40,479 bases of DNA, from assembly GCA_012838475.1 (NCBI GenBank), contig DUPE01000213.1:1-40479 (forward strand), written 5' to 3'. Below the pieces are notes generated by a model. That model made no database searches. It was not told the origin of the DNA and worked only from the letters and a program-made list of their open reading frames with translations. This DNA comes from Clostridiaceae bacterium. GTDB lineage: Bacteria > Bacillota > Clostridia > Saccharofermentanales > DTU023. Each line of letters starts with the position of its first letter. The first letter of the stretch is position 1. The translations under genes were made by a program, and so were the position numbers. Of this stretch, positions 27,305-36,974 are shown in pieces.

Positions 27305-27462
27305 ACACACCTCTTCGCAGGCTTAGCTGGCCACAGCCGGAATACGAAATAATTATACCATATCCAATAAGTATCTTCTGATACAGAATCTGCAGTCAAA
27401 CTAGTTGAATATTACAGTAGCAACTGATTTTTAGAGCATATGAAATGAAGGGAGATTTGAAT

Positions 27463-27987
27463 ATGAAAATGAAAGAAGAAGTACGTAAAGCTTTTAGCAC
27501 TCAGATAAACCGTGAGTACTATTCTGCTTTTTTGTATCTACAAATGTCAGACTGGCTAAACCAGAACAACTGGCCTGGCTGTGCCCACTGGATGTATGTG
27601 CAGTATAAGGAAGAGCTTGCTCATGCTCAAGGACTCTTTGAGTACCTACAATACAGAGGCGTTGAAGTCGACATCGATAAGGTCGATAAACCCGAGAAAA
27701 AAGAATGGGAAAACGTATTGGGTGTTTTCGAAGGCGCTTTAGCTCATGAACAGCAGATAACAACCTGGATCAATGAAGTTGTCGATATCGCTGCAAAAGC
27801 AGGCGATAAAGCCGCTGTGCTTTTCCTCGACTGGTACGTGGTTGAGCAGGTAGAAGAAGAAGCCAATCAGGAAGTAAATATCGACAATGTTAAAGCCGGT
27901 GATGGTATGAGCGGTATTTTACGTAGATGGGATTATCACATGGGTAAGAGAGTATTCTCCGGTGAAGACATCCCCATGCCGGGTTAA
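27463..27987 (+). CDS. ftn: ferritin (non-haem, bacterial Ftn type)
   Basis: Contains QINREYYSAFLYLQM and YKEELAHAQ (ExxH), plus ALAHEQQIT and the EQVEEE ferroxidase/four-helix-bundle pattern. The ATG at 27463 lies 7 nt after GGAGA. Confidence 0.88.
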   Translation: MKMKEEVRKAFSTQINREYYSAFLYLQMSDWLNQNNWPGCAHWMYVQYKEELAHAQGLFEYLQYRGVEVDIDKVDKPEKKEWENVLGVFEGALAHEQQITTWINEVVDIAAKAGDKAAVLFLDWYVVEQVEEEANQEVNIDNVKAGDGMSGILRRWDYHMGKRVFSGEDIPMPG

Positions 27988-28013
27988 TTAGTAGAAGGAT
28001 TGCTCCATACTGA

Positions 28014-28105
28014 TTCTTGCACGATATAACAAAAGTTTTGCCACCAAGTCTAAAGTTCTTGCACTAATAACAAAGTTTTGCCACCAAGTCTAGAGTTCTT
28101 GCATC
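28014..28105. repeat. 40-42-bp direct repeat, about 2.2 copies
   Basis: TTCTTGCAC[GAT]ATAACAAA[A]GTTTTGCCACCAAGTCTA[A/G]AG lies at 28014-28055 and 28056-28095, with a partial third unit at 28096-28105. The array sits between the ferritin stop and its terminator. Confidence 0.9.
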
Positions 28106-28126
28106 TCAAATATCTAAGTGCGGAAT

Positions 28127-28160
28127 AAAAATCCCGGGAGACGCCCTCCTGGGATTTTTA
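28127..28160. terminator. intrinsic terminator downstream of ferritin
   Basis: AAAAATCCCGGGAG-acgcc-CTCCTGGGATTTTTATT: a 10-bp stem with one G-U pair, flanked by A-run and T-run. Confidence 0.85.
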
Positions 28161-28270
28161 TTCGCTTCAGCGCTTAGGATTAAATCGTCCTATGCGCAAA
28201 TCATTCAGCACCCTATAAATGTCCTTGTGGATAATTAAACCGATATATACTTCAGAGAGACCAGGAACAA

Positions 28271-28279
28271 TGCTAGAAT
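28271..28279 (+). promoter_or_regulatory. candidate extended -10 element for tkt
   Basis: TGcTAGAAT lies 40 nt upstream of the tkt ATG. There is no good -35. AGGAGG lies at 28308-28313. Confidence 0.35.
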
Positions 28280-28318
28280 TATGACATCAGATTATGTGTA
28301 CAAAATCAGGAGGAAAAA

Positions 28319-30310
28319 ATGGCACAAAATGAGGTCCATCAGCTTGCAGTGAACACGACAAGAGCACTTGCTATTGAGGCAGTAGAGGAAGCGAAATCAG
28401 GGCATCCGGGAATGCCGCTAGGAGCTGCACCCATGGCATTTGAACTCTTTTATAATCATATGAAGCACAGTCCCCGAAATCCAAAATGGCTTAATCGCGA
28501 TCGCTTTGTCCTGTCTGCAGGACACGGCTCAGCATTATTATACAGTCTCCTGCACCTCTTTGGTTATGATGTCACCATCGATGATCTGAGAAGTTTCAGA
28601 CAGGTGGGAAGCATTACGCCGGGACATCCGGAATACAAATTGACGCCTGGTGTCGAAGCTACTACAGGACCACTAGGACAAGGTCTGGCTGTCGCAACAG
28701 GAATGGCTGTGGCAGAAACTCATCTGGCGGCAAAATATAATCGACCCGGTTTCCCCATTATTGATCACTACACTTATGTCATATGCAGTGACGGCGATCT
28801 GATGGAAGGCGTCTCCTCGGAAGCGTCATCCTTGGCCGGACATTGGAACTTAGGAAAGCTAATCGTCCTTTATGATGACAACAACATAACCATTGACGGC
28901 TCGACTGATCTTGCCTTCTCAGAAGATGTTACTATGCGTTATGAGGCCTACGGCTGGCAGGTTTTATCCGTCGATGAAGGCGATGATATCGAGGCTATCG
29001 CTGCAGCCTTGGTAAAAGCGAAGGCCAACCTCGACCAGCCCACCTTGATCAGAGTACGTACAATTATCGGCAAATACAGTCCGGTGGCAGGAGACTCCAA
29101 ATCTCACGGCGCCCCTTTGGGAACAGATTCTGTAAAAACAACGCTACATGAAATGGGCTTTAATTCTGAACGTGAACCTTTTGATGTTGCTCCTGAGGTT
29201 GCACATTACATGAGAAACAAACAAGCCGAGCTGGCAGAGCAAGAGAAAAACTGGCTGAGGATTTGGCAAGACTGGCAGGATAAATATCCGGAGCTGGCTT
29301 CTGAGCTGGAAGGTTCTTTAGAAGGGATATTACCGGCTGACCTGTTCTCTGAGGAGTTTTTCTCTTTGAAGGATGCTGCGGCCACCAGAGTTCAATCCGG
29401 CAAGATGCTCAACTACATCAATAAAAAATTACCCAATCTACTAGGCGGTTCTGCTGATCTTGCCGGGTCAAACAACTCAACTCTAGACGGTTCCGGAGAG
29501 TTTCAAAAGAATTACAGGCAGGGAAAGAACATCCACTTTGGCGTACGAGAGTTCGGGATGGCTTCGATAATCAACGGTATTGTGCTACACGGTGGTCTGC
29601 GCGGCTTCGCCGCCACTTTCTTTATTTTCACTGATTATATGAAGATGAGCATGCGTCTTGCCGCTCTGATGGATATCCCCGTCCTCTACATTCTGACACA
29701 TGACAGCATTGGCTTGGGCGAGGACGGACCTACGCACGAACCCATTGAACAACTTGCCACTTTCCGTGCCATGCCCAATATAAACGTTTTCCGCCCTGCT
29801 GACGGCGTAGAGACAGCGGCAGGCTATCAACTCTGGCTTGAAAGCCAGAGGCCCACTGCTCTGATCCTAACCAGACAGAAACTGAGTTATGTCCAAGGGG
29901 ATCCTGAGGGAGCTTTACGGGGTGCCTATGTACTAAAGGACAGTCAGGATTTTGATATAATCCTTATAGCCTCCGGCTCCGAAGTCGAAATCGCCTTAGC
30001 AGCCCATGACATGCTGGCAGAAGAGGATATCAGAGCGCGCGTAGTATCAATGCCCTGCCAAAATCTCTTCGATGGGCAAGACAGAGCCTACCGTAATCAG
30101 GTTCTGCCACCCTCTTGCAGGAAGAGAGTATCCGTTGAGGCTGCCGCCACATTCGGCTGGCAAAAATATATTGGTATAGAAGGCGTCGCCGTTGGCATGG
30201 AGAGCTTTGGCGGATCCGGCAAGGGATCCGATCTCTTTAAGCATTTCGGCTTGACACCGGAGGCTGTGGCTGAAGCTGCCAAAGGCCTGCTCGAAACAAA
30301 AGCACGTTAA
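28319..30310 (+). CDS. tkt: transketolase
   Basis: Contains [12 protein letters not shown], the SDGDLMEG thiamine-diphosphate motif and [21 protein letters not shown]. Length is 663 aa. Confidence 0.95.
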   Translation: MAQNEVHQLAVNTTRALAIEAVEEAKSGHPGMPLGAAPMAFELFYNHMKHSPRNPKWLNRDRFVLSAGHGSALLYSLLHLFGYDVTIDDLRSFRQVGSITPGHPEYKLTPGVEATTGPLGQGLAVATGMAVAETHLAAKYNRPGFPIIDHYTYVICSDGDLMEGVSSEASSLAGHWNLGKLIVLYDDNNITIDGSTDLAFSEDVTMRYEAYGWQVLSVDEGDDIEAIAAALVKAKANLDQPTLIRVRTIIGKYSPVAGDSKSHGAPLGTDSVKTTLHEMGFNSEREPFDVAPEVAHYMRNKQAELAEQEKNWLRIWQDWQDKYPELASELEGSLEGILPADLFSEEFFSLKDAAATRVQSGKMLNYINKKLPNLLGGSADLAGSNNSTLDGSGEFQKNYRQGKNIHFGVREFGMASIINGIVLHGGLRGFAATFFIFTDYMKMSMRLAALMDIPVLYILTHDSIGLGEDGPTHEPIEQLATFRAMPNINVFRPADGVETAAGYQLWLESQRPTALILTRQKLSYVQGDPEGALRGAYVLKDSQDFDIILIASGSEVEIALAAHDMLAEEDIRARVVSMPCQNLFDGQDRAYRNQVLPPSCRKRVSVEAAATFGWQKYIGIEGVAVGMESFGGSGKGSDLFKHFGLTPEAVAEAAKGLLETKAR

Positions 30311-30333
30311 AATGTATGTTATTGAGAAAAGTC

Positions 30334-30368
30334 AAAGCCCTGTAACACATCAGTTACAGGGCTTTTAA
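30334..30368. terminator. bidirectional terminator (tkt on the + strand, tRNA-Thr on the - strand)
   Basis: AAAGCCCTGTAAC-acatca-GTTACAGGGCTTTTAAAT: a 13-bp perfect stem. Confidence 0.85.
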
Positions 30369-30369
30369 A

Positions 30370-30444
30370 TGGAGCCGAAGGTGAGGATTGAACTCACGAC
30401 CTATTCATTACGAGTGAATTGCTCTACCACTGAGCCACTTCGGC
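30370..30444 (-). tRNA. tRNA-Thr (anticodon CGU), CCA encoded
   Basis: The minus strand reads GCCGAAGTGGCTCAGTGGTAGAGCAATTCACTCGTAATGAATAGGTCGTGAGTTCAATCCTCACCTTCGGCTCCA. The acceptor stem is a perfect 7 bp, the anticodon loop is CT-CGT-AA and the discriminator is U73. Confidence 0.9.
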
Positions 30445-30465
30445 ACAAGCAAAATTTGCTTTTTA

Positions 30466-30494
30466 ATGATAGCAACGAAGACTATAACTGTCAA
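30466..30494 (-). promoter_or_regulatory. sigma-A-type promoter of tRNA-Thr
   Basis: The minus strand carries TTGACA (30494-30489), a 17-nt spacer and TATCAT (30471-30466). Confidence 0.75.
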
Positions 30495-30586
30495 ACAAAG
30501 TCGTAAGCGCACATGTTACACGTTGAGATTCAATGCCTCTGTTAGTAAATAATATCTGCTCTTGAGACTACAGTGTTTTATGAATG

Positions 30587-33469
30587 TCAGGCTTGTTCTT
30601 GCCTCATCTTTTCTTCATCCGAATCAAGATGGCAGCTCTTATATTTCTTACCGCTGCCGCACCAGCAGGGATCATTTCTTCCGGGTGTGTGGGTCTTTTT
30701 GACTGGTTGTTGAGCTAGCGGTTGTGTTGCCGACGCCAGCTCAGGTCTGGCCCTGCGAGCCTTACGACTCATTGCCGGAGAGGAGCCATCTGTAATCTCC
30801 GGTCTTGGGGCCAATGCAGCATAACCGGAAGACCCTCTGCCTTCAAGGAGCTCTTTGGGCTCCTTTCTTCTCCTGCTATCTTCGATTACCAGTCTGGCAC
30901 GCATAATCAGGCGAACTGCGTCTTCTTTGATAGCGTTAGTCATGGCTTCAAACATATCGAAGCCTTCTCGTTTGTATTCCACTACCGGATCATGCTGCGC
31001 ATAGCCTCTCATGCCAATACTGTCACGCAGATCATCCATGGCATCGATATGTTCCATCCAATGATTATCCACCGTTTGCAGCAAAATAATGCGTTCAGCC
31101 TCTCGCAGTATCTCCGGAGAACCAAGCTCCTCAGCTCTGGACTCCAAATGTTGCAGAGCTTCATCAGTAAGCTGTTGGTTAAGCTCCTCACCGTCAATTC
31201 CGCTGTCTGCCGTCAGCAGTTTATTCATAGAAGGTAATTCGCCAAACAAGTCGCGTAATCGAGTAATAAGAGCAGTTTTATTCCAGTTTTTGGCATCCTG
31301 TCCGCTGGCAACAAAATCCAGTAAAACCCCTTGCATGATTTCAGAGATAATACTGCGATAATATTCATGCAGATCCTTCCCTTCCAGGACCTCGCGCCGC
31401 TGCTTGTATATCAGGTTGCGCTGTTGATTCATGACATCGTCGTATTCGAGGACATTCTTTCTGATGGAGAAGTTTCTGCCTTCAACGCGTCTTTGTGCCG
31501 ATTCGATTACTCTGCTCAGCATCGGATGATCAATTTGCATGTCTTCATCAACGCCCAGAGTATCAAACATGCGTTCCATGCGTTCACCGCCGAACAATCT
31601 CATCAGATCATCTTCTAATGACAAGTAGAATATGCTCTTACCGGGATCGCCCTGTCTGCCGGCTCGACCACGCAACTGATTATCTATGCGTCTTGATTCA
31701 TGACGTTCTGTGCCGACAATATAGAGACCGCCTTTTTCTATTACCAGTCTTTTTTCTTCCGCTATTTCTGCTGTATATTTCTCGTTCAGCTCACTATAAA
31801 GCTTTCTGGAAGTGAGAATATCCTCATCAGTGGTAATGTTGTGAGCGGTCGAGGCTTCGATCAATTCTTCCTCAATGCCTCGTTTCCTCATCTCCTGTTT
31901 CGCCATAAATTCAGGGTTACCACCCAAAAGAATGTCAGTTCCACGCCCGGCCATATTGGTGGCAATGGTAACTGCGCCAAGGCGACCTGCCTGCGCCACG
32001 ATCTCCGCCTCTTTCTCGTGTTGTTTGGCATTCAGGACATTGTGTTTTATGCCTGCTCGTGAGAAAAGGCTTGATATGTACTCCGATTTCTCCACGGAAA
32101 CTGTTCCTACCAGAACCGGCTGGCCGGTATCATTGGCAAGTCTGACTTCTTCCAACAGATTTCGGTATTTGCCGACCTGAGTTTTATAGACAGCATCTGC
32201 CTGATCTTCTCTGATCATGGGCTTATTAGTGGGAATAGTAACTACATCAAGATTATAGATCTGACGGAACTCATCCTCTTCGGTCAGAGCGGTCCCGGTC
32301 ATACCGGACAGCTTGTTATACATACGAAAATAATTCTGGAAGGTGATCGTAGCAAGAGTTTTGTTCTCTTTTTTAATCTTGACTCTTTCTTTAGCCTCAA
32401 TGGACTGGTGTAAGCCATTGCTGTACCGACGACCGGGCATCAGTCTGCCAGTAAAGTCGTCAACGATAATTACTTCATCTTCAGTGACTATATAGTCCTC
32501 ATCGCGGTGCATTGTGCCATGAGCTTTCAGGGCATTGTTTATATGATGGTTTATTTCATAATTCTCCTGATCGGATAGGTTATCAATTTTAAAGAAATCC
32601 TCTGCTTTTCCCACTCCTTTTTGAGTGAGAACGGCAGTCTTGGCTTTCTCATCAACGATATAATCTGAATCCCCTTCCAGGTCAGAAATCTCCTCCGTGG
32701 TACGCATTGTCGCCGTTTCTTTGATTCTCTTCTCCTTTAGTCGCCTCACAAAGTCATCCGCTCTGTCGTAAAGCTCGGATGATTCGCTGCCGCGTCCGGA
32801 AATAATCAAAGGCGTTCTGGCCTCGTCAACCAATATGCTGTCAACCTCGTCCACGATGGCAAAATTGAGCTCTCGCTGCACGAGATCCTCCAGGCGCAAA
32901 ACCATATTGTCGCGCAGATAATCAAAACCAAATTCGTTATTGGTACCGTAGGTCAAATCGGCCGCATAGGCTGCCTTCTTGGCGGTTTTATCCAGACCGT
33001 GTACAACCAGCCCGACCTCAAGTCCCAGATATCTATAGATCTTGCCCATCCACTCGCTGTCACGGGTTGCAAGGTAATCATTGACTGTGACTATATGAAC
33101 ACCATTTCCTGTAAGTGCATTGAGATAAACAGGCAAAGTTGCCGCCAGAGTCTTGCCTTCACCGGTCTTCATCTCAGCTATTCGACCTTGATGTAAAATA
33201 ATCCCGCCTTCAATTTGTACCGGGAAGTGTCTAAGTCCCAGAACCCTATCTCCGGCTTCACGCACAGTAGCAAACGCTTCCGGCAAAATAGCATTCATAT
33301 CTTCACCGTTGGTGAGTCGCTGACGAAATTCCGCTGTTTTAGCCTTCAAAGCGTCTTCGCTTATACTTTTGTAAGATGCTTCGAGATCTAAAATTTGTTT
33401 GACTGTAGTACGTAAACGTCTTAGCTCTCTTTCGGAATATGTGCCAAATATATTACTGATTAAACCCAT
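30587..33469 (-). CDS. secA: preprotein translocase ATPase SecA
   Basis: Contains MKTGEGKTL (Walker A) and DEVDSILVDEARTPLIISG, plus RGTDI and a C-terminal zinc finger CWCGSGKKYKSCH. Length is 960 aa. Confidence 0.96.
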   Translation of the reverse strand: MGLISNIFGTYSERELRRLRTTVKQILDLEASYKSISEDALKAKTAEFRQRLTNGEDMNAILPEAFATVREAGDRVLGLRHFPVQIEGGIILHQGRIAEMKTGEGKTLAATLPVYLNALTGNGVHIVTVNDYLATRDSEWMGKIYRYLGLEVGLVVHGLDKTAKKAAYAADLTYGTNNEFGFDYLRDNMVLRLEDLVQRELNFAIVDEVDSILVDEARTPLIISGRGSESSELYDRADDFVRRLKEKRIKETATMRTTEEISDLEGDSDYIVDEKAKTAVLTQKGVGKAEDFFKIDNLSDQENYEINHHINNALKAHGTMHRDEDYIVTEDEVIIVDDFTGRLMPGRRYSNGLHQSIEAKERVKIKKENKTLATITFQNYFRMYNKLSGMTGTALTEEDEFRQIYNLDVVTIPTNKPMIREDQADAVYKTQVGKYRNLLEEVRLANDTGQPVLVGTVSVEKSEYISSLFSRAGIKHNVLNAKQHEKEAEIVAQAGRLGAVTIATNMAGRGTDILLGGNPEFMAKQEMRKRGIEEELIEASTAHNITTDEDILTSRKLYSELNEKYTAEIAEEKRLVIEKGGLYIVGTERHESRRIDNQLRGRAGRQGDPGKSIFYLSLEDDLMRLFGGERMERMFDTLGVDEDMQIDHPMLSRVIESAQRRVEGRNFSIRKNVLEYDDVMNQQRNLIYKQRREVLEGKDLHEYYRSIISEIMQGVLLDFVASGQDAKNWNKTALITRLRDLFGELPSMNKLLTADSGIDGEELNQQLTDEALQHLESRAEELGSPEILREAERIILLQTVDNHWMEHIDAMDDLRDSIGMRGYAQHDPVVEYKREGFDMFEAMTNAIKEDAVRLIMRARLVIEDSRRRKEPKELLEGRGSSGYAALAPRPEITDGSSPAMSRKARRARPELASATQPLAQQPVKKTHTPGRNDPCWCGSGKKYKSCHLDSDEEKMRQEQA

Positions 33470-33531
33470 ATGTTTAAATTTCTCCTGACTAAGTCTTTTA
33501 ATGATACGTCAGCAGCAAAACTTAGACAAGT

Positions 33532-34542
33532 TCAAGGTTCTGTTTCAGGTTTCTGATATCTTAAACTCGTACCATATTCTCTGATTTCCAGCTGAATGCC
33601 ACAGTCGGCACCAACAGCCTGCCAATAATTTCTTTGGCTCTGATCAAGCCAGCCGGGATAATTTCCGGGAATGACAAGAATCAATCGCTTTTGGTCAATT
33701 TGATCAGCTGAGACAGAATATTCCTGACCTTTGCTGATGAGACTGGCACCCTGAAAACTTGCCAGTTCCAGCAAATAACGCTGCAATTGTGTATCTGCGC
33801 CTTCCACAGATTCATAACTGGGAGCCGTAAGATCCATACTCTTAATTGCAGTCGCAGTCGACCCGTCCCAGCAAGCTATAACAGGAAAATTGAAGGGAAG
33901 ATTTCCGCCGAACATCTCGCGAAACTCCTGACCTCTTTGAAAGTTGCTCTCGCTCCAGATATCACTTTGCTGCTCATCTTCCTGCCCGTCAGATGGACCT
34001 TCCTCAAGCAATGATCCCGACGACCAGATGGGGATCACAGCCTGAGTAGATTTTTTCACATTGCCTAGCAATGTATGTTGACTGTAATTGACAGTAAGCC
34101 ATATCACATGATCGCCATTATCCCAGTTGAGAAATATCTGCCTTCCATGACTGATATAATCCAGATTCAATCCGGCTCTAGCCTCGTCCAGCCAATAGTC
34201 TATCCGGCTGTTGATCAAATGTGAGAAGGCCAGAGAAGAACCCAGATCTACTGCCATGCCGGTAACTATCTCTCCCGCTTCTTGCAGGGGCAGCAAATCC
34301 GCTATGAAGTCATTTAATTCCTCCGTATCGGAAGCCAGCGGAGAAAGTAGAGCTTCGGCTGCCGGCAATAGCAGAGACATTTCCTCACAGGTCTGGTCTA
34401 CGGCATAACGGATTAAGCTGTCCTCTCTCACTAATCGAATCGCAGAGAGCATGAAAAAAACCATAGTCAAAGTCAGGGGCAAAATGATTGCCGCCTCGAG
34501 GGTCGCCATGCCGCTTTGGCGCTTGTTTCTGTCAATCATCAC
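33532..34542 (-). CDS. TadE-like (prepilin-type N-terminus) protein with uncharacterised C-terminal domain
   Basis: The N-terminus ...KRQSG|MATLEAAIILPLTLTMVFFML has Gly at -1 and Glu at +5 followed by a hydrophobic helix, as in TadE/TadF pseudopilins. An acidic linker (EGPSDGQEDEQQSD) leads to a 140-aa C-terminal domain. It overlaps the upstream gene by 11 nt. Confidence 0.6.
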   Translation of the reverse strand: MMIDRNKRQSGMATLEAAIILPLTLTMVFFMLSAIRLVREDSLIRYAVDQTCEEMSLLLPAAEALLSPLASDTEELNDFIADLLPLQEAGEIVTGMAVDLGSSLAFSHLINSRIDYWLDEARAGLNLDYISHGRQIFLNWDNGDHVIWLTVNYSQHTLLGNVKKSTQAVIPIWSSGSLLEEGPSDGQEDEQQSDIWSESNFQRGQEFREMFGGNLPFNFPVIACWDGSTATAIKSMDLTAPSYESVEGADTQLQRYLLELASFQGASLISKGQEYSVSADQIDQKRLILVIPGNYPGWLDQSQRNYWQAVGADCGIQLEIREYGTSLRYQKPETEP

Positions 34543-35929
34543 TTACCCCTTCCGCTGTATACTTGTAACGGCGATCCATATATCCACTGTCAAAAGTTAT
34601 TGTCTTGTCTGCATAACTGGCTGAAGCACTAAGCCAGACCCAACTTGGCCCGGGGTTGTGACGAGATATGATTGTTTCCAGACGTGAGAGCAGAGTTTCT
34701 TCCTTTTGAAAAAGCAGAAAAAGCAATAGATAGTCGTGATAGTACAATACCAGCGCGTCCTCTGAGTTGCCGGGCCAAAAATCTACACCGTGACCTTCCT
34801 GCAGTTCGATGGCGTCCCTTCTGCCATCCTTGATCGCATCTGATAAAAGCAAAAGATATTCTACCGCTTCCAGCGGTATAGACACATGGCCGAGGCTGAT
34901 CAAAGCTACAGCTGTAACGATTATACCGGCAGTTATTTTATATGTGTTCCTCAGACCTTCATCTTGAAAGTGATGAATAAGCTGAATAAGCGAGCGTACT
35001 AAAACCAATATTGCGCGGATCTCCCCGGCAGCGTCATTACCTTTAATGCCGGTAATAATCTCTTCTGCTTCTGCGCCTCTGAGCGGGAGCAAATCTGCAT
35101 GTGATCTGCCATCGGGGGTATGGCGCGGCACCATTGTATTAGAAATAATCCGTCCCTCGACTGAGGCGGGGAAATAATTTGTAACATAGGAAGCCAGATA
35201 GAGTTTGTCCAACGATGTGCTTTCCGGAGTCGCCAGTACTCCGTCCACTACATCAGCCAGCCGTGACATACCGACAGGATCGAAGAAATCCGGCTTGCCA
35301 CCTCCGGTTATGTCTCCGCGCTCATCATAGATGTGAACCGGCATCAAAGATGAGGCAATGTCAGTATAAAGAGAATTAATCTCAGTATCCAGATACTCAC
35401 ACAGTTCTTCCTTCCATTCAGCGTCTTCCGATGTCTCTTCATCCTGCAGTAAATTTCTGGCTTTTTTGCTGCCGTCTGACGCTAAAATCTCACTTATACA
35501 AGTTTCCACCGATATGGAGTCTAATCCCTGCATCCTGTCCAATATGTCAATTATCAGCTCCGTGGGAAAACGTATTTTCATGTGGCGAAGGATTTGCTCC
35601 TTCAGAACCTCCGGCTCAGCAAGAGAGCTCTCCCCATGTATTGAGATCTCTGCCTCATTATCAAAATGAGAAGATGGCACTGTAGAAAAGGAAAGCTCAT
35701 TATAGGCCAACATACCAAAATCCTGCCAGAGCTGTTGATCATAAGCAGCCAGATTGACTTCCAGATTGGCTGCCAAATAGCGTGCCAAATCCAAATCCTT
35801 TCTGCTCTTGATGTCAAAGTCATATAGTGAGATGAGCAAAAAGAATACTACCGGCAGGAGCAGGCAGAAAGTCAAAGTCAAGCTTCCTGCTTCCCTAAGT
35901 CCGATTTTTCTGTGCCTGAACTTTGTCAT
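34532..35929 (-). CDS. TadG-like / DUF5702-like membrane-anchored protein
   Basis: The N-terminus REAGSLTLTFCLLLPVVFFLLISLYDF is of the Tad 'TadE/G-like' type. The internal block AEAEEIITGIKGNDAAGEIRAILVLVRSLIQLIH resembles the E-x-EYIL-x-G...N...R motif I associate with DUF5702/TadG-related proteins of Clostridia. It overlaps the upstream ORF by 4 nt. Confidence 0.55.
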   Translation of the reverse strand: MTKFRHRKIGLREAGSLTLTFCLLLPVVFFLLISLYDFDIKSRKDLDLARYLAANLEVNLAAYDQQLWQDFGMLAYNELSFSTVPSSHFDNEAEISIHGESSLAEPEVLKEQILRHMKIRFPTELIIDILDRMQGLDSISVETCISEILASDGSKKARNLLQDEETSEDAEWKEELCEYLDTEINSLYTDIASSLMPVHIYDERGDITGGGKPDFFDPVGMSRLADVVDGVLATPESTSLDKLYLASYVTNYFPASVEGRIISNTMVPRHTPDGRSHADLLPLRGAEAEEIITGIKGNDAAGEIRAILVLVRSLIQLIHHFQDEGLRNTYKITAGIIVTAVALISLGHVSIPLEAVEYLLLLSDAIKDGRRDAIELQEGHGVDFWPGNSEDALVLYYHDYLLLFLLFQKEETLLSRLETIISRHNPGPSWVWLSASASYADKTITFDSGYMDRRYKYTAEGVSDD

Positions 35930-36216
35930 GGCGGATTACCGTGATCGAACAAGATAGACTTACTATCACGGAAGAGGCTAATCGCCTCCACTACTTTTTG
36001 TGGCGAACACTTAAGCACAGGCAATGTGCGTTCTTTGTACCGGTACAGATCCAAATTATACAGATGTGGCGGATTTACTTCGCGAGCTACAGTTTGCACT
36101 GCTATTGCTGCTCCATCCCTTGCAGCTGTTGCCTCCGGAACACAAAGCGAACTACCGTTCAAAACCAGAGCCAGTGCCAAAGGCATGATTATCGATGCAT
36201 CCAGTGAAAAATTCAT
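35926..36216 (-). CDS. small TadE-like N-terminal-anchor protein (96 aa)
   Basis: AGGAGG lies 5 nt upstream of the ATG. The N-terminus is MNFSLDASIIMPLALALVL. It is the first gene of the three-gene overlapping cassette. Confidence 0.5.
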   Translation of the reverse strand: MNFSLDASIIMPLALALVLNGSSLCVPEATAARDGAAIAVQTVAREVNPPHLYNLDLYRYKERTLPVLKCSPQKVVEAISLFRDSKSILFDHGNPP

Positions 36217-36253
36217 AACAACCTCCTGCTTCTAAGATAAAGATACAGGCAGG

Positions 36254-36291
36254 CAAAAAATAAAAAATCAGACGACAGTAAATGTCACCTG
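36254..36291 (-). terminator. candidate weak intrinsic terminator after the MBL-fold gene
   Basis: The minus strand reads CAGGTGACA-tttac-TGTCGTCTG (7 of 9 bp paired) followed by ATTTTTTATTTTTTG. Confidence 0.4.
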
Positions 36292-36320
36292 AACACTTTA
36301 ATCAACAAGATTATATTTTC

Positions 36321-36974
36321 TCAGTGATTCATAAACCAATAATTAAGTTTTAGATCTTGGAGAATTACAGCAGGACCGTGTCCGGGCAGCACAGGCAGAT
36401 TTTGAGGCAAATCATCTCTTAACTTACGTATTTTGCGTAAACTGTCACGCATTTCCTCTTCACTTCCGCCAGCCAGATCCATCCTGCCTATATCGGCGGC
36501 AAAAATCGTATCCCCGGTGATTAATGCCAGATATTCCTCCTGCTCCTCAGCCCTTTTTTCCAGATAGAGAAAGCAGCAAGAGCCTTTAGTATGACCCGGA
36601 GTATGAAAAACGCGCAAAAACAAGTTTAAACCCAAATCGATCTCCTCTTGATCCTCGAGAAGAACATCCGGCCTGTTTATACATTTTGGCGTACCAAAAA
36701 ACATCGAAGCGTTCTGAATGCTGTCTAAAATTAACTTTTCTTCTGCAGCGTGAATCAACAATTGCAGACCTGGATATTTGCTCCTCCAGGTGTCAGCTTG
36801 TCCAATATGATCATAATGACCATGAGTGGCTACCAAGGCCGTGACCTCATCACTTTGCTCTACTTTGTCAGGATGAATTGCCGGATCTATCAGAACGTAG
36901 CCCTGCAACGAAGGTATAAGCCAAGAATTACCGTGTCCCGGGCCTTCACGAATATGAATAATCTCTCTACGCAT
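36321..36974 (-). CDS. MBL-fold metallo-hydrolase (glyoxalase II-like size and motifs)
   Basis: Contains the THGHYDH (HxHxDH) motif, then HTPGHTKGS, then GDTIF and PGHG. Length is 217 aa. It overlaps the upstream gene by 8 nt. Confidence 0.85.
   Translation of the reverse strand: MRREIIHIREGPGHGNSWLIPSLQGYVLIDPAIHPDKVEQSDEVTALVATHGHYDHIGQADTWRSKYPGLQLLIHAAEEKLILDSIQNASMFFGTPKCINRPDVLLEDQEEIDLGLNLFLRVFHTPGHTKGSCCFLYLEKRAEEQEEYLALITGDTIFAADIGRMDLAGGSEEEMRDSLRKIRKLRDDLPQNLPVLPGHGPAVILQDLKLNYWFMNH

Noticed and set aside
27311-27462. Fur/PerR box in the divergent YhaO-like/ferritin intergenic region.
   Set aside because: Only short palindromes are present (ATAATTAT, AACTAGTT). Neither fits the 7-1-7 Fur/PerR consensus well enough to call by eye.
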